Shown here: one piece after another, positions 8,625-18,131 of the stretch
Position numbering within the stretch: position 1 is the first letter of the stretch
How the letters are laid out: each line of letters opens with the position of its first letter
Source: a virus
Virus record (IMG/VR): IMGVR_UViG_3300008267_000025
Coordinates: 1-64,000 of that record
Length of the DNA stretch: 64,000 nucleotides
Reading direction: 5' to 3' (one strand)
Program-made: the position numbers and the translations under genes
Notes under the pieces: model-generated
The model's input: the letters and a program-made list of their open reading frames with translations, nothing else
Databases searched by the model: none
What the model was told of the DNA's origin: nothing

Positions 8625-8921
8625 ATGAAAAGTAAAGAAGAAATAGAACAGTTAGCCTCAAAAAGGTTTATAATTAAACAATTTATTGGTGAAGATGATT
8701 ATAATAGAAGTGAAACCATTGCTGCTAGATGTGGTTATATTAAAGGCTACACTCAATGTCAAGTAGAAAATATGGACAAGAAATACACAGAAGAAGATAT
8801 AAGAAAAGCTATTGAAGTAGGAGTTAATGCTGAGGCTGGTGATTATCCTAAAGGGTATAGTTTAAAGCTAGGTATTAGTTTGGAGGATTATTTTATCAAC
8901 TCACTAAACAAACAAGACTAA
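8625..8921 (+). CDS. hypothetical protein
   Basis: ORF track. Confidence 0.7.
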   Translation: MKSKEEIEQLASKRFIIKQFIGEDDYNRSETIAARCGYIKGYTQCQVENMDKKYTEEDIRKAIEVGVNAEAGDYPKGYSLKLGISLEDYFINSLNKQD

Positions 8922-8922
8922 T

Positions 8923-9204
8923 ATGGAAAATACAACATATGGGGGTTGGTATATGTGTAGTGAATGTGGTCAGTATAATAGAACATCTACGGTATGTAAT
9001 CATATTAAATTAATAGATACCAATGTGAAAAACAATATAGAAGAACCTTTAAAAGAAATGTCTTTAAATGATGCGGTTGAGTATTTAAAACAAAATCCTA
9101 AAGAATCAGTTAAAATCACTTTATCAGAAGATGAACGGAATGATATAAATGATTTCTTTAAAAACTATAAGGTAAAACGTAAATACAAAAAAGACAATGA
9201 GTAA
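8923..9204 (+). CDS. hypothetical protein with N-terminal CxxC
   Basis: ORF track; CSECG. Confidence 0.65.
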   Translation: MENTTYGGWYMCSECGQYNRTSTVCNHIKLIDTNVKNNIEEPLKEMSLNDAVEYLKQNPKESVKITLSEDERNDINDFFKNYKVKRKYKKDNE

Positions 9205-9547
9205 GTTAAAACAAACAAAGATACCAGTTATTATTGACGAAGACAATTTGATAAAGATTGCCGTTGAACAAGGAGTGTTAGAAAACGAATTCAATTGGAA
9301 GTTGGTTAGAGAAAGAGATGTACTAACCAAACAATCAAAAGAAGTTATGTGGTTAGAGTGGAATGAAGATGGAAGGTTTAAAGAAAAACACGATGTACCT
9401 GGTATTGGTAGGTCATTAATCATGTCACCATTCAATGATTCATTCACTTGGCAAACAACAATTATAACAGAGATAGTTGAGGAACGTGATGGATACTTAA
9501 AGTTTAAGACAGAGAATAGTGTTTATGAATTAACTAATATAAAATAA
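9197..9547 (+). CDS. hypothetical protein
   Basis: ORF track. Confidence 0.7.
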   Translation: MSKLKQTKIPVIIDEDNLIKIAVEQGVLENEFNWKLVRERDVLTKQSKEVMWLEWNEDGRFKEKHDVPGIGRSLIMSPFNDSFTWQTTIITEIVEERDGYLKFKTENSVYELTNIK

Positions 9548-9548
9548 T

Positions 9549-9899
9549 ATGACAGGAACATTACATAAAACAGAAAAAGGTTGGGTTGTAAGATATTGGG
9601 ATAGAGACCCTCACTATAATGGTCCTATTGGTACTTTCAGACAAATTATATTTGAAGTTGAAGTATCTAAAATTAGTTTAACCAATTCCGATTTATCAAC
9701 CTATTGGGTCGATGGTAGAGAAGTTTCATTTGTAATAAACCCTTTAATACCTGTTGATGGTGGTGAAGAAGTTCTTATTATTCCTGATGAAGAAACTTGG
9801 GACGATATATTCAAAAATATATGTGACCAAGATTTGGTAACACTTTATGATGTTTGGGAATGGTTAAAACAAAATTATGAAACACCTAAACGAAAATAG
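9549..9899 (+). CDS. hypothetical protein, MTGTLHKTE family
   Basis: N-terminus shared with 10225. Confidence 0.7.
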   Translation: MTGTLHKTEKGWVVRYWDRDPHYNGPIGTFRQIIFEVEVSKISLTNSDLSTYWVDGREVSFVINPLIPVDGGEEVLIIPDEETWDDIFKNICDQDLVTLYDVWEWLKQNYETPKRK

Positions 9900-9902
9900 A
9901 TT

Positions 9903-10067
9903 ATGAATCAATTAAACGATAGATTTGAACGTCACGGATATTGGGAACATCTTTGGTTTAATAATGGTTTACTTTGTAAAGGAAACTATTTCAACGGTCA
10001 AGAAATTGGATATTGGGAATGGTATTGGATGAATGGTAATTTAACTGATAAAGCGTTTTACTTATGA
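9903..10067 (+). CDS. MORN2/YwqK-like mini-protein (54 aa)
   Basis: MNQLND..RHGYWE...GYWEWY...KAFYL; read by hand. Confidence 0.8.
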   Translation: MNQLNDRFERHGYWEHLWFNNGLLCKGNYFNGQEIGYWEWYWMNGNLTDKAFYL

Positions 10068-10228
10068 ATGAATATAATGATAAAGGTGAGAGACATGGAA
10101 TTTGGATGAAATATTATTATGATAATAAGTTGTGTTATAGAAGTAATTACATTAATGGTGACCCAATTGGTTATTGGGATTTCTATAATTCAAATAATGA
10201 CTTAATTTATAAAAAATTTTACTTATGA
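10064..10228 (+). CDS. MORN2/YwqK-like mini-protein (54 aa)
   Basis: MNEYNDKGERHG...KKFYL; ATGA overlap. Confidence 0.8.
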   Translation: MNEYNDKGERHGIWMKYYYDNKLCYRSNYINGDPIGYWDFYNSNNDLIYKKFYL

Positions 10229-10518
10229 CAGGAACATTACATAAAACAGAAGATGGTTGGGTTGTTAAACACGATGGAAAAACAACACCAATAGAACCAA
10301 ATCAAAACTGGTGGTTAGGAGAACAATCAGGTAAACAAGGATTTTATAAAGATGGTGATGAAGTAGACTTTGAAATAATTCCTTATATACCAAAAGACTT
10401 AGAACCTACTCGTGGAGAGACAGTATCTTTCGAAGCGGTTAAATACGCTAGAATATCATTAAGTGAAGATTTAACGATATGGGATGTTACATTATTGGAT
10501 GGGTTAGATAATTTGTAA
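10225..10518 (+). CDS. hypothetical protein, MTGTLHKTE family
   Basis: N-terminus shared with 9549. Confidence 0.7.
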   Translation: MTGTLHKTEDGWVVKHDGKTTPIEPNQNWWLGEQSGKQGFYKDGDEVDFEIIPYIPKDLEPTRGETVSFEAVKYARISLSEDLTIWDVTLLDGLDNL

Positions 10519-10600
10519 TATAAAAATGGGTAGGATTTTTCTTTTAAAATTTTCAACCGAAATGTTGATTATAATGATGAATGGAACACTTACACATAAC

Positions 10601-10884
10601 GTTTGGGTATAAATGAAGTACCGATTTTGAAACACAAATGTTAAATTTAAAGATAAAAGATAATATGAAAAACAAAACTAAATTACAAGTACGAACTAGG
10701 TATTTCATTTATACCTTGTTATGTGTAGTTTTCTGGTCATTATACATCAGTGGATTATATATAATGTGGTCAGATAATGAAATGGGATTGTTTATGAACT
10801 ATATATTCACATCATTTGGATTGGTAGGTATGTTGTGGTTCAATATGATATTTCACGAAAAGTTCATTGAAAATTACACATAAC
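10601..10884. mobile_element. attC-like gene cassette (284 bp)
   Basis: bounded by direct repeat TTACACATAAC (10590-10600, 10874-10884); imperfect inverted repeat 10591-10622/10699-10727; absent from homologous site at 4941-5068. Confidence 0.65.
10665..10883 (+). CDS. small two-TM membrane protein in cassette
   Basis: hydrophobic segments; stop TAA lies inside ACATAAC. Confidence 0.65.
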   Translation: MKNKTKLQVRTRYFIYTLLCVVFWSLYISGLYIMWSDNEMGLFMNYIFTSFGLVGMLWFNMIFHEKFIENYT

Positions 10885-11010
10885 TATTATATATAAGCAA
10901 GTATAGTCTAACCTATTTAAAATCAACACTTTAAATCAAAAAATTATAAAGATTCATATACAAAAACTTAATTTGTTTATTTAAAAAATTATTCATACAT
11001 TTACATTATT

Positions 11011-11397
11011 ATGACAATAGAATTAGACTATAATTACCCAAATGAGTTACATGATGAAGATGGTTATCCAACTCAAGAAGCGTTAGACTACATTAAAAAT
11101 TGGTCTATTGATTCTAACAATGGAGAGGTAAAAATGGGTAAGCATTTTGGAAAAGCTAACTATAATGAACTGATTGATTACATTAAATCAATTTGGACAT
11201 ACAAAGATGCGATTGAATATGAAAATGGTCTATTAGAAATTCATACCTATGGTTGGTCAGGAAATGAAGATATAATCCATGAGTTGAAAAATACGGATAT
11301 GTGGGATTTAAAATTCAGATGTCGACAAACTGGTGGACATTTCTATTTCAAAGTAACTGATGAATCTGAAATGGATTGGTTTGTAACTAAAGAGTAA
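11011..11397 (+). CDS. hypothetical phage protein
   Basis: ORF track; TYGWSGNE motif. Confidence 0.75.
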   Translation: MTIELDYNYPNELHDEDGYPTQEALDYIKNWSIDSNNGEVKMGKHFGKANYNELIDYIKSIWTYKDAIEYENGLLEIHTYGWSGNEDIIHELKNTDMWDLKFRCRQTGGHFYFKVTDESEMDWFVTKE

Positions 11398-11453
11398 AAT
11401 TAGGCTCCCATAATTATTAAACGTATATTTACTTAAATTTAAAATTAAAAGTT

Positions 11454-11909
11454 ATGAATAAAGAATTTTGCACATGCAAACAATCATTAGCTCTTAAAGA
11501 TTTAGGATTTGATGAACCTTGTTTTAGTTATTATGTTGATTGTGAACTTAGAGGTGTTAATTTAGGTATGGAAGAATTAGGCGGTGTTAAACCATACTAT
11601 GAGAGATTTGGGTACCACACAATTAATAACCACCATATTGATAATAAAAATAAAATTATTACATCAGCACCACTCAAACAACAAGCATTTAGATGGTTTA
11701 GAGAAAAACACAATTTATGTGGTGAAATTTATACTGTGAATATGGGTGCAATTGATTATACATTTCAAATAAGAGACCTATATAGTGAAGATGTAAAACA
11801 TGATAATTTTGAAGCATATACAGGTGGATATATTGGAACATTCTCAACCTATGAAGAAGCAGAGGATGCTTGTTTAGATAAATTAATAGAAATAGTTAAA
11901 ACAAAATAA
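11454..11909 (+). CDS. hypothetical phage protein
   Basis: ALKDLGFDEPC...QAFRWFREKH...TYEEAE. Confidence 0.75.
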   Translation: MNKEFCTCKQSLALKDLGFDEPCFSYYVDCELRGVNLGMEELGGVKPYYERFGYHTINNHHIDNKNKIITSAPLKQQAFRWFREKHNLCGEIYTVNMGAIDYTFQIRDLYSEDVKHDNFEAYTGGYIGTFSTYEEAEDACLDKLIEIVKTK

Positions 11910-11993
11910 ATATGGGAAGTGATTTTACCACATTAACCGAATCAGAAATGATGGATTTATTATTAAGTATTAACACATTATAAATAAATTAAT

Positions 11994-12455
11994 ATGAAAG
12001 CACAAGAATTAAAAATAGGTAATTTAATATACAAAAAAATACACAAAAAAGATACCCCATTAGAAGTTGTAGAAGTATTATCTATTGATGGTTCTTTTGA
12101 TGTATTAGATGTTAAAAACATTGGTGGTTATATTACAGAACAATGTCCTTTAAAAGATTTTGAACCAATTCCACTAACAGAAGAATGGTTATTAAAGTTT
12201 GGTTTCAAAGTAAAGGATAGGAAATCTAACCTTGACACTGATATATTTTATATACCTACGTTTGAAATAGATTATTGTTTGTTTTATGCTGATTTTAGAC
12301 TTGATTATGGATTGTATGTTGAATATACAGATAGTCCATTTCCTGAAGACGATGAAAAATTATATCCAATTACTTTTGGGATTAAATATGTTCATCAACT
12401 ACAAAATTTATTATATAGCTTAACAGGAGAAGAATTAACTATTAAACAAGATTAA
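11994..12455 (+). CDS. hypothetical phage protein
   Basis: PIPLTEEWLLKFGF...VHQLQNL..LTGEEL. Confidence 0.75.
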   Translation: MKAQELKIGNLIYKKIHKKDTPLEVVEVLSIDGSFDVLDVKNIGGYITEQCPLKDFEPIPLTEEWLLKFGFKVKDRKSNLDTDIFYIPTFEIDYCLFYADFRLDYGLYVEYTDSPFPEDDEKLYPITFGIKYVHQLQNLLYSLTGEELTIKQD

Positions 12456-12456
12456 T

Positions 12457-12837
12457 ATGATGACAAAAGAAGAAATGGATAACTACCTAATCAGTATTGG
12501 TGGTTTAACAAATGGATTTTTTCCGGATAGAGAACCAATCACCGACTCATATTACTTTGAGGTGGACAAAGGTTGGTACCAATTAATCAAAGATTTAATT
12601 GACGACCTTATTAAGTTAGGTTGGGATAAAGAGATATGTCAAGTGAAAGAAAAGTTTGGTGGATTAAGATTCTATATTAATGGTGGTACAACTGAAATAT
12701 TCAATAGAATATCTGAGGCGGAAGAATTAAGTATTAAAACTTGTGAAGTAACTGGTAATCCAGGTGAATTAAGAGCCGATATTGGATGGTATAGAACACT
12801 ATCTGATGAAGTTTATAATGAATTTAAAAATCGTTAA
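12457..12837 (+). CDS. hypothetical phage protein
   Basis: QVKEKFGGLRFY...TCEVTG. Confidence 0.75.
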   Translation: MMTKEEMDNYLISIGGLTNGFFPDREPITDSYYFEVDKGWYQLIKDLIDDLIKLGWDKEICQVKEKFGGLRFYINGGTTEIFNRISEAEELSIKTCEVTGNPGELRADIGWYRTLSDEVYNEFKNR

Positions 12838-12840
12838 ATA

Positions 12841-12894
12841 AACCCTGATTATATCAGGGTTTTTTGTTTATATAAAATATAATGATTATATTTG
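12841..12894 (+). promoter_or_regulatory. terminator AACCCTGA/TCAGGGTT fused to host-type promoter
   Basis: hairpin plus T run; TTTG 12863-12866 and TATATTTG 12887-12894; similar modules at 19636 and 22066. Confidence 0.7.
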
Positions 12895-12898
12895 TGAT

Positions 12899-13135
12899 AT
12901 GAATCAACATAATGATAAAGGTCAGAAACATGGCTATTGGGAAAGATATTATCTTGATAGTAAAGTAAAAAGTAAAGGCAATTATATCAACGGTAAAAGA
13001 GATGGTCTTTGGTTATGGTATACTAATGGCGGTAATCTATGGTATAAAGGAAATTATATTAATGGTGAAAGAGATGGTTATTGGGAATGGTTCAATACCA
13101 ATGATAGTTTAATTGAAAAAGAATTTGTCTTATGA
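12899..13135 (+). CDS. MORN2/YwqK-like mini-protein
   Basis: HGYWE/KGNYING repeats. Confidence 0.85.
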   Translation: MNQHNDKGQKHGYWERYYLDSKVKSKGNYINGKRDGLWLWYTNGGNLWYKGNYINGERDGYWEWFNTNDSLIEKEFVL

Positions 13136-13440
13136 ATGAATATAATGATAAATCATTACGTCATGGATATTGGGAAGTTTACACTTCTAATGGTAATCTA
13201 TGGTATACAGGGAATTATATTAATGGTGAGTATTTTGGGTATTGGGAATGGTATTACTTTAATAGTAATCTAAGGTATAAAGGGACTTTCAATAATGGTA
13301 AACAAAATGGTTATTGGAAACAATATCATTCTAATGGTAATCTATGGTATAAAGGTGATTATGTTAATGGTGAACGAGTTGGTTGTTGGGATTGGTATAA
13401 TAAAAATGGCGATTTAGTTATTAAAGAATTTGTCTTATGA
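13132..13440 (+). CDS. MORN2/YwqK-like mini-protein (longest, 102 aa)
   Basis: four repeat units. Confidence 0.85.
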   Translation: MNEYNDKSLRHGYWEVYTSNGNLWYTGNYINGEYFGYWEWYYFNSNLRYKGTFNNGKQNGYWKQYHSNGNLWYKGDYVNGERVGCWDWYNKNGDLVIKEFVL

Positions 13441-13601
13441 ATAAATTAAATGATAAAGGTGAACTCCACGGTTATTGGGAAGATTATTACTATGGTGGTA
13501 ATATATGGTATAAAGGATATTATAATAATGGTGAACCTGATGGTTATTGGGAGTGGTATGGCCCTAATGATAATATAATTGAAAAACAATTTTTTCTATA
13601 A
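13437..13601 (+). CDS. MORN2/YwqK-like mini-protein (54 aa)
   Basis: MNKLNDKGELHGYWE...KQFFL; read by hand. Confidence 0.8.
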   Translation: MNKLNDKGELHGYWEDYYYGGNIWYKGYYNNGEPDGYWEWYGPNDNIIEKQFFL

Positions 13602-13663
13602 AAATAAATTTGGAAATATAAAATAAAACACATACATTTGTAAAACAATTAATAATAAAAAAT

Positions 13664-14416
13664 ATGAAACCAGAAATCAAAATTATCTATAACAAAAACG
13701 GTGTAAATTTAACTTTAAACTTAGGTACTAAAACATTCTTAACTGATGTTTCAAATACCGATGTGGTTAGATATTTGAAAGGTATTTTCACAAACAAGTC
13801 AAGATTCAAATCAAGATTTACCGATGACTTTAAAAGAGCATTCACCGAGACAAATGACCAAGATTTCGAATGTTCTGAATTATTAAATGAGTTGTTATCA
13901 ACTTACGATACTGTAGAACCATATACTTACTCTGAAGCATTCAGATTAGAAAACAGAGAGTTCCAAGCCATGGTGTTTGGAAGTATAAACATCACTGATA
14001 TGATTACTGAATTAGGTCATACTCGTATTAAAGTGGATGGTATTCAAGTTAAGCATAAAAAGTATAAATCAAACGGTGACTTTGAAGGGTTTGTTGAATA
14101 TGACAATATCTATGAAACTCACGAAGTGTCAGGTAAAAAAATTGGTTTAGAAGAAAATCTATACGCTGTTAAATGTTGGTGTACTTCAACTAATAAGGAG
14201 CATTGGTTGTGGATTGAAGAACAATACAAAGACAATCCATTAGAAGCTGTGGCATCCACATTCAGATTACATGAGAATGTTATTCCACATATCAAAGAAA
14301 TCAAACGTCAAGGTGATATCTTACTTTTAGAAATGAATGAAGATGTCAAACCAGAAGGTAATGTAGTACCACTCACGGCAGCCCAGTACTTTGGTTTATT
14401 GACCGCACAATCTTAA
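13664..14416 (+). CDS. hypothetical protein
   Basis: 250-aa ORF; C-terminal CWCTSTNKEHWLW...RQGD. Confidence 0.8.
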   Translation: MKPEIKIIYNKNGVNLTLNLGTKTFLTDVSNTDVVRYLKGIFTNKSRFKSRFTDDFKRAFTETNDQDFECSELLNELLSTYDTVEPYTYSEAFRLENREFQAMVFGSINITDMITELGHTRIKVDGIQVKHKKYKSNGDFEGFVEYDNIYETHEVSGKKIGLEENLYAVKCWCTSTNKEHWLWIEEQYKDNPLEAVASTFRLHENVIPHIKEIKRQGDILLLEMNEDVKPEGNVVPLTAAQYFGLLTAQS

Positions 14417-14470
14417 TTTAGAACCCCTTTAATTAGGGGTTTTTCTTTTTAACTTTTAAATATCAGTAAT

Positions 14471-14707
14471 GTGAATGAAAATAATGATAAAAGTGAATCT
14501 CATGGATATTGGGAAGTTTACCATAATAACGGCAATCTATCTCATAAAGTAAATTATATTAATGGTAAAAAAGATGGTTATTGGAAAAGTTATTGGTTAA
14601 ATGGTAATTTGAATTATAAAGGTGAATATATTAATGGTCAAAATAGGGGCTATTGGGAATGGTATTGGGTTGATGGTAAATTAGAAGAAAAACAATTTTA
14701 CTTATGA
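14471..14707 (+). CDS. MORN2/YwqK-like mini-protein
   Basis: repeat motif; GTG start. Confidence 0.8.
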   Translation: MNENNDKSESHGYWEVYHNNGNLSHKVNYINGKKDGYWKSYWLNGNLNYKGEYINGQNRGYWEWYWVDGKLEEKQFYL

Positions 14708-14946
14708 ATCAAAGAAATGATAAAGGAGAACGTATTGGTTATTGGGAAGACTATTGGTCTAATGGTAATCTAGATTTTAAAGGGAATTACACTCTAAATG
14801 GTAAAAAAGATGGTTACTGGGAAAGTTGTTATGTGAACGGTAATTTATATAGTAGAGGGAATTATATTAATGATGAAAGAGATGGTCTTTGGGAATGGGG
14901 TGATTTTAATGATAATGAAATAATAACTAAAGCGTTTTACTTATGA
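14704..14946 (+). CDS. MORN2/YwqK-like mini-protein
   Basis: repeat motif; ATGA overlap. Confidence 0.85.
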   Translation: MNQRNDKGERIGYWEDYWSNGNLDFKGNYTLNGKKDGYWESCYVNGNLYSRGNYINDERDGLWEWGDFNDNEIITKAFYL

Positions 14947-15179
14947 ATCAACATAATGATAAAGGTCAGAAACATGGCTATTGGGAAAGATATTATCTTG
15001 ATAGTAAAGTAAAAAGTAAAGGCAATTATATCAATGGTAAAAGTGATGGTCTTTGGGTGTATTATTATAATAACGGTAATTTAGGTTATAAAGGAAGTTA
15101 TGTTAATGGTGAAAGATATGGTTACTGGGAGTGGTGTAAGTTTGATGGTGGATTATATCAAAAAGAATTTGTCTTATGA
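14943..15179 (+). CDS. MORN2/YwqK-like mini-protein
   Basis: first 33 aa identical to 12899. Confidence 0.85.
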   Translation: MNQHNDKGQKHGYWERYYLDSKVKSKGNYINGKSDGLWVYYYNNGNLGYKGSYVNGERYGYWEWCKFDGGLYQKEFVL

Positions 15180-15421
15180 ATAAAAGAATCAATAAAGGAG
15201 AAAAACATGGATATTGGGAAAGATATTATCCTAATGGTAATTTAAACTTTAAAGGTTATTTCAATAATGGTAAAACTCATGGTCTTTGGGAAAGTTATTA
15301 TCAAAATGGTGATTTAATGTATAAAGGTAGTTATATTAATGATGAACGTATTGGATTATGGGAGTGGTATCCATTAATTCATAATGAATATAATCGAATA
15401 GAAAAAGAATTTTACTTATGA
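15176..15421 (+). CDS. MORN2/YwqK-like mini-protein
   Basis: repeat motif. Confidence 0.85.
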   Translation: MNKRINKGEKHGYWERYYPNGNLNFKGYFNNGKTHGLWESYYQNGDLMYKGSYINDERIGLWEWYPLIHNEYNRIEKEFYL

Positions 15422-15582
15422 ATCAACATAACGATAAAGGTCAGAAACACGGTTACTGGGAACATTATTATTTTGAAGAGGTTATATGGTATAGGGTTAA
15501 TTATGACAATGGTAATATGGTTGGTTGCTGTGAACTTTTTAATAGTTTTGGTGAATTAACAGCTAAAGCATTTTTCTTATGA
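15418..15582 (+). CDS. MORN2/YwqK-like mini-protein (54 aa)
   Basis: MNQHNDKGQKHGYWE...KAFFL; read by hand. Confidence 0.8.
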   Translation: MNQHNDKGQKHGYWEHYYFEEVIWYRVNYDNGNMVGCCELFNSFGELTAKAFFL

Positions 15583-15749
15583 ATGAATATAATGATAAAC
15601 ATGAACCCCATGGTTATTGGGAAATATACTGGGGTGATAGTAACGAACATTTAATGTTTAAAGGAATTTTTATTAACGGAATTGAAAGTGGGTATTGGGA
15701 ATGGAATTCAATTGATAGTAAATTAAAACATAAAGCATTTTACTTATGA
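15579..15749 (+). CDS. MORN2/YwqK-like mini-protein (56 aa)
   Basis: MNEYNDKHEPHGYWE...KAFYL; read by hand. Confidence 0.8.
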   Translation: MNEYNDKHEPHGYWEIYWGDSNEHLMFKGIFINGIESGYWEWNSIDSKLKHKAFYL

Positions 15750-15991
15750 ATGGATATAACAGTAAAGGACAAAGACAGGGTTATTGGGAAAAGCGGTATC
15801 CTAATGGTAATTTAGACTATAAAGGTTATTACATTAACGGCAAGCGTCAAGGTGTTTGGGAAAGTTATTATCAAAATGGAAAGTTGTCTTGGAAAGGTAA
15901 TTTTAATGATGATTTGTATACAGGATATTTCGAATGGCATCCAATCATTATAAATGAACACAATCAAATAGAAAAAGAATTTTACTTATGA
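15746..15991 (+). CDS. MORN2/YwqK-like mini-protein
   Basis: close paralogue of 15176. Confidence 0.85.
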   Translation: MNGYNSKGQRQGYWEKRYPNGNLDYKGYYINGKRQGVWESYYQNGKLSWKGNFNDDLYTGYFEWHPIIINEHNQIEKEFYL

Positions 15992-16224
15992 ATCAATTAA
16001 ATAGTAAAGAATACTTATACGGATATCCTGATGAAAATATCTTTAGCACGGAATGGTTTAAAGGGTATTACCTTAATGGTGAATATTATGGGTATTGGGA
16101 GTGGTATTCAACTAACGGTAATGTATGGCTGAAAGGTCATTACCTTAATAATAAAGAAAATGGATATTGGGAACATTATATTTATAATGAAGATAAATTA
16201 AATCAAAAACTATTTTACTTATAA
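15988..16224 (+). CDS. MORN2/YwqK-like mini-protein
   Basis: repeat motif, divergent first unit. Confidence 0.8.
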   Translation: MNQLNSKEYLYGYPDENIFSTEWFKGYYLNGEYYGYWEWYSTNGNVWLKGHYLNNKENGYWEHYIYNEDKLNQKLFYL

Positions 16225-16260
16225 TATTTAATGTTATATTAACTATTTATTAAATAAAAA

Positions 16261-16746
16261 ATGAGTAACATACGTGATATAATCAAAAAAGTTTTGAATG
16301 AGAATCATCAAGAAAAAATTAATGCTATTTTAGATAAAATCAATTTAGTTGGATTTGAGAATTTATCTGACTATGAGAAATCATTATTGGGTAAATTATC
16401 TAAAGATGAATATAAATACAATTCAATTGACGAAGAAGTTATTGATTGGTTAGATAAACGTTATGGTAAATTTATAGTGGATGAATTTACTGAAAAAAGT
16501 TTTGGTAGATTTACTAATAAAGGATTTAATTTTTTAAATGATGACCTTGATTTAATGATGAAACTCGTGGTTCATGTTGATGATAGAAGAGATAATATTC
16601 TATATGTACATTACAGTATTTTTAGTGAATTAAAAAAAGAATTTAATTTGGATGATGACCAAGAAGAACAAATTTTAAAGATGTGGTTAAATAAAACTTA
16701 CCCAAATTTCAATTTTAATCACGTTAAAATTAGTCAACTATTTTAA
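16261..16746 (+). CDS. leader-bearing hypothetical protein
   Basis: MSNIRDIIKKVLNE; TATTTAT upstream. Confidence 0.75.
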   Translation: MSNIRDIIKKVLNENHQEKINAILDKINLVGFENLSDYEKSLLGKLSKDEYKYNSIDEEVIDWLDKRYGKFIVDEFTEKSFGRFTNKGFNFLNDDLDLMMKLVVHVDDRRDNILYVHYSIFSELKKEFNLDDDQEEQILKMWLNKTYPNFNFNHVKISQLF

Positions 16747-17298
16747 ATACTTGTGTAATTTCCATCTATCAACATCCGATATTTCTTTTTTAAGTTCTTC
16801 GTAATTAACATTTAATTGGTTTGTTAAATCAGGTGAACCGTCATGATTCATCGTATAAAATAGGTTATTGTTTTTATCGTAAACCATGTTAACTGATTCT
16901 AATGTAATGTAAGAAATATAATCCATAGTGTTTATAAAACATACTTTAATACTTGTACCAAAACATTTGTTAACCCCAATATGATTCAATAAACTAACAA
17001 ACTCATTAGAGATTACACCCAAATATATTGAACAACCTTCAGGTAATCCATTTGTTATTCTACATTTTTCAGTTATTGGTAAAAATTGAGGTATTCTCTT
17101 ATCAGTATTAACCTCAATAATAAAATTATATATTTCAAAATATGGGTTATCTGTTTTAATAATATCGGTATTAACGATTACGTTAGCTTCAAATTTATAA
17201 TCGAACTTAAAACCTGTCAATTCTTCAATAATCTTATTACCCATTGCATTATATAACGTGGTAATTATTTTATTGATATTTTTACTTAACATTATCAT
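16738..17298 (-). CDS. hypothetical protein
   Basis: ORF track; TATATTTG plus 4 nt before ATG on minus strand. Confidence 0.7.
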   Translation of the reverse strand: MIMLSKNINKIITTLYNAMGNKIIEELTGFKFDYKFEANVIVNTDIIKTDNPYFEIYNFIIEVNTDKRIPQFLPITEKCRITNGLPEGCSIYLGVISNEFVSLLNHIGVNKCFGTSIKVCFINTMDYISYITLESVNMVYDKNNNLFYTMNHDGSPDLTNQLNVNYEELKKEISDVDRWKLHKYLK

Positions 17299-17368
17299 GT
17301 AACAAATATATAAATAATTTTTAAAATATTATATTTGTTATATCACAATAAAAATAATATATTTGTTT

Positions 17369-17608
17369 ATGAATAATATTGAAGAATATTACCCTGATGA
17401 AATAATATTAAAAGCAGATGGGTTCGATGATGCTATAATAGGTATTGATGATATCTCAATGAGATTAATTTATTCCGTATCTAAATGTCTTGAAATCTTA
17501 AAAAAAGATATGGATGAAGAAGAAGCTATAGAATATTTTGATTTTAATGTGAAATATGCTTATGTTGGTGATAAAACACCTATTTGGTGTGTTGATAATT
17601 TAATATAA
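17369..17608 (+). CDS. hypothetical phage protein
   Basis: ADGFDDAIIG...EAIEYFDFNV..AYVG.KTP. Confidence 0.75.
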   Translation: MNNIEEYYPDEIILKADGFDDAIIGIDDISMRLIYSVSKCLEILKKDMDEEEAIEYFDFNVKYAYVGDKTPIWCVDNLI

Positions 17609-17626
17609 TAATGTATTTATCATATT

Positions 17627-18130
17627 ATGAAAGAAAAACATATCAATGGCTTAGTAAAAATGATTAATTTGTATGGTCTTGTTAAGACATCAGAAATGAC
17701 AGGATTATCAATTTATGAATTAGCAATTAAAACTAATTTTAAATTAGATTTAGATACATACCAAATTATTTTAAAATCTTTATCTAAAAACAAACTTATC
17801 CCATCTACATACAAAGATTTTGAGATTTATATAGATAATTTTAGTGGTATTTATAATTGGGGTGGTCCTATATATGATGGAAATGGTGAAAAATATTATA
17901 TAGAAGCAATGGCAACACCATTTTGGGATGATTATGGAATACCTGTTGAGATTATTAGTATAGATTCATCAGAGATTGATGATGATAATTTTTCATACAT
18001 TAAAGTCGATGATAAGATTGAAACTGTTGATGAATTAATACGGTGGTATAATGAGTTTTATTTACCAAAAACTTATGAAAAGATAGTTACATTGTTTTCA
18101 GATTTATTAGAAACAGGTTATTATAATTAA
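17627..18130 (+). CDS. hypothetical protein
   Basis: ORF track; TATTTAT upstream. Confidence 0.7.
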   Translation: MKEKHINGLVKMINLYGLVKTSEMTGLSIYELAIKTNFKLDLDTYQIILKSLSKNKLIPSTYKDFEIYIDNFSGIYNWGGPIYDGNGEKYYIEAMATPFWDDYGIPVEIISIDSSEIDDDNFSYIKVDDKIETVDELIRWYNEFYLPKTYEKIVTLFSDLLETGYYN

Positions 18131-18131
18131 T

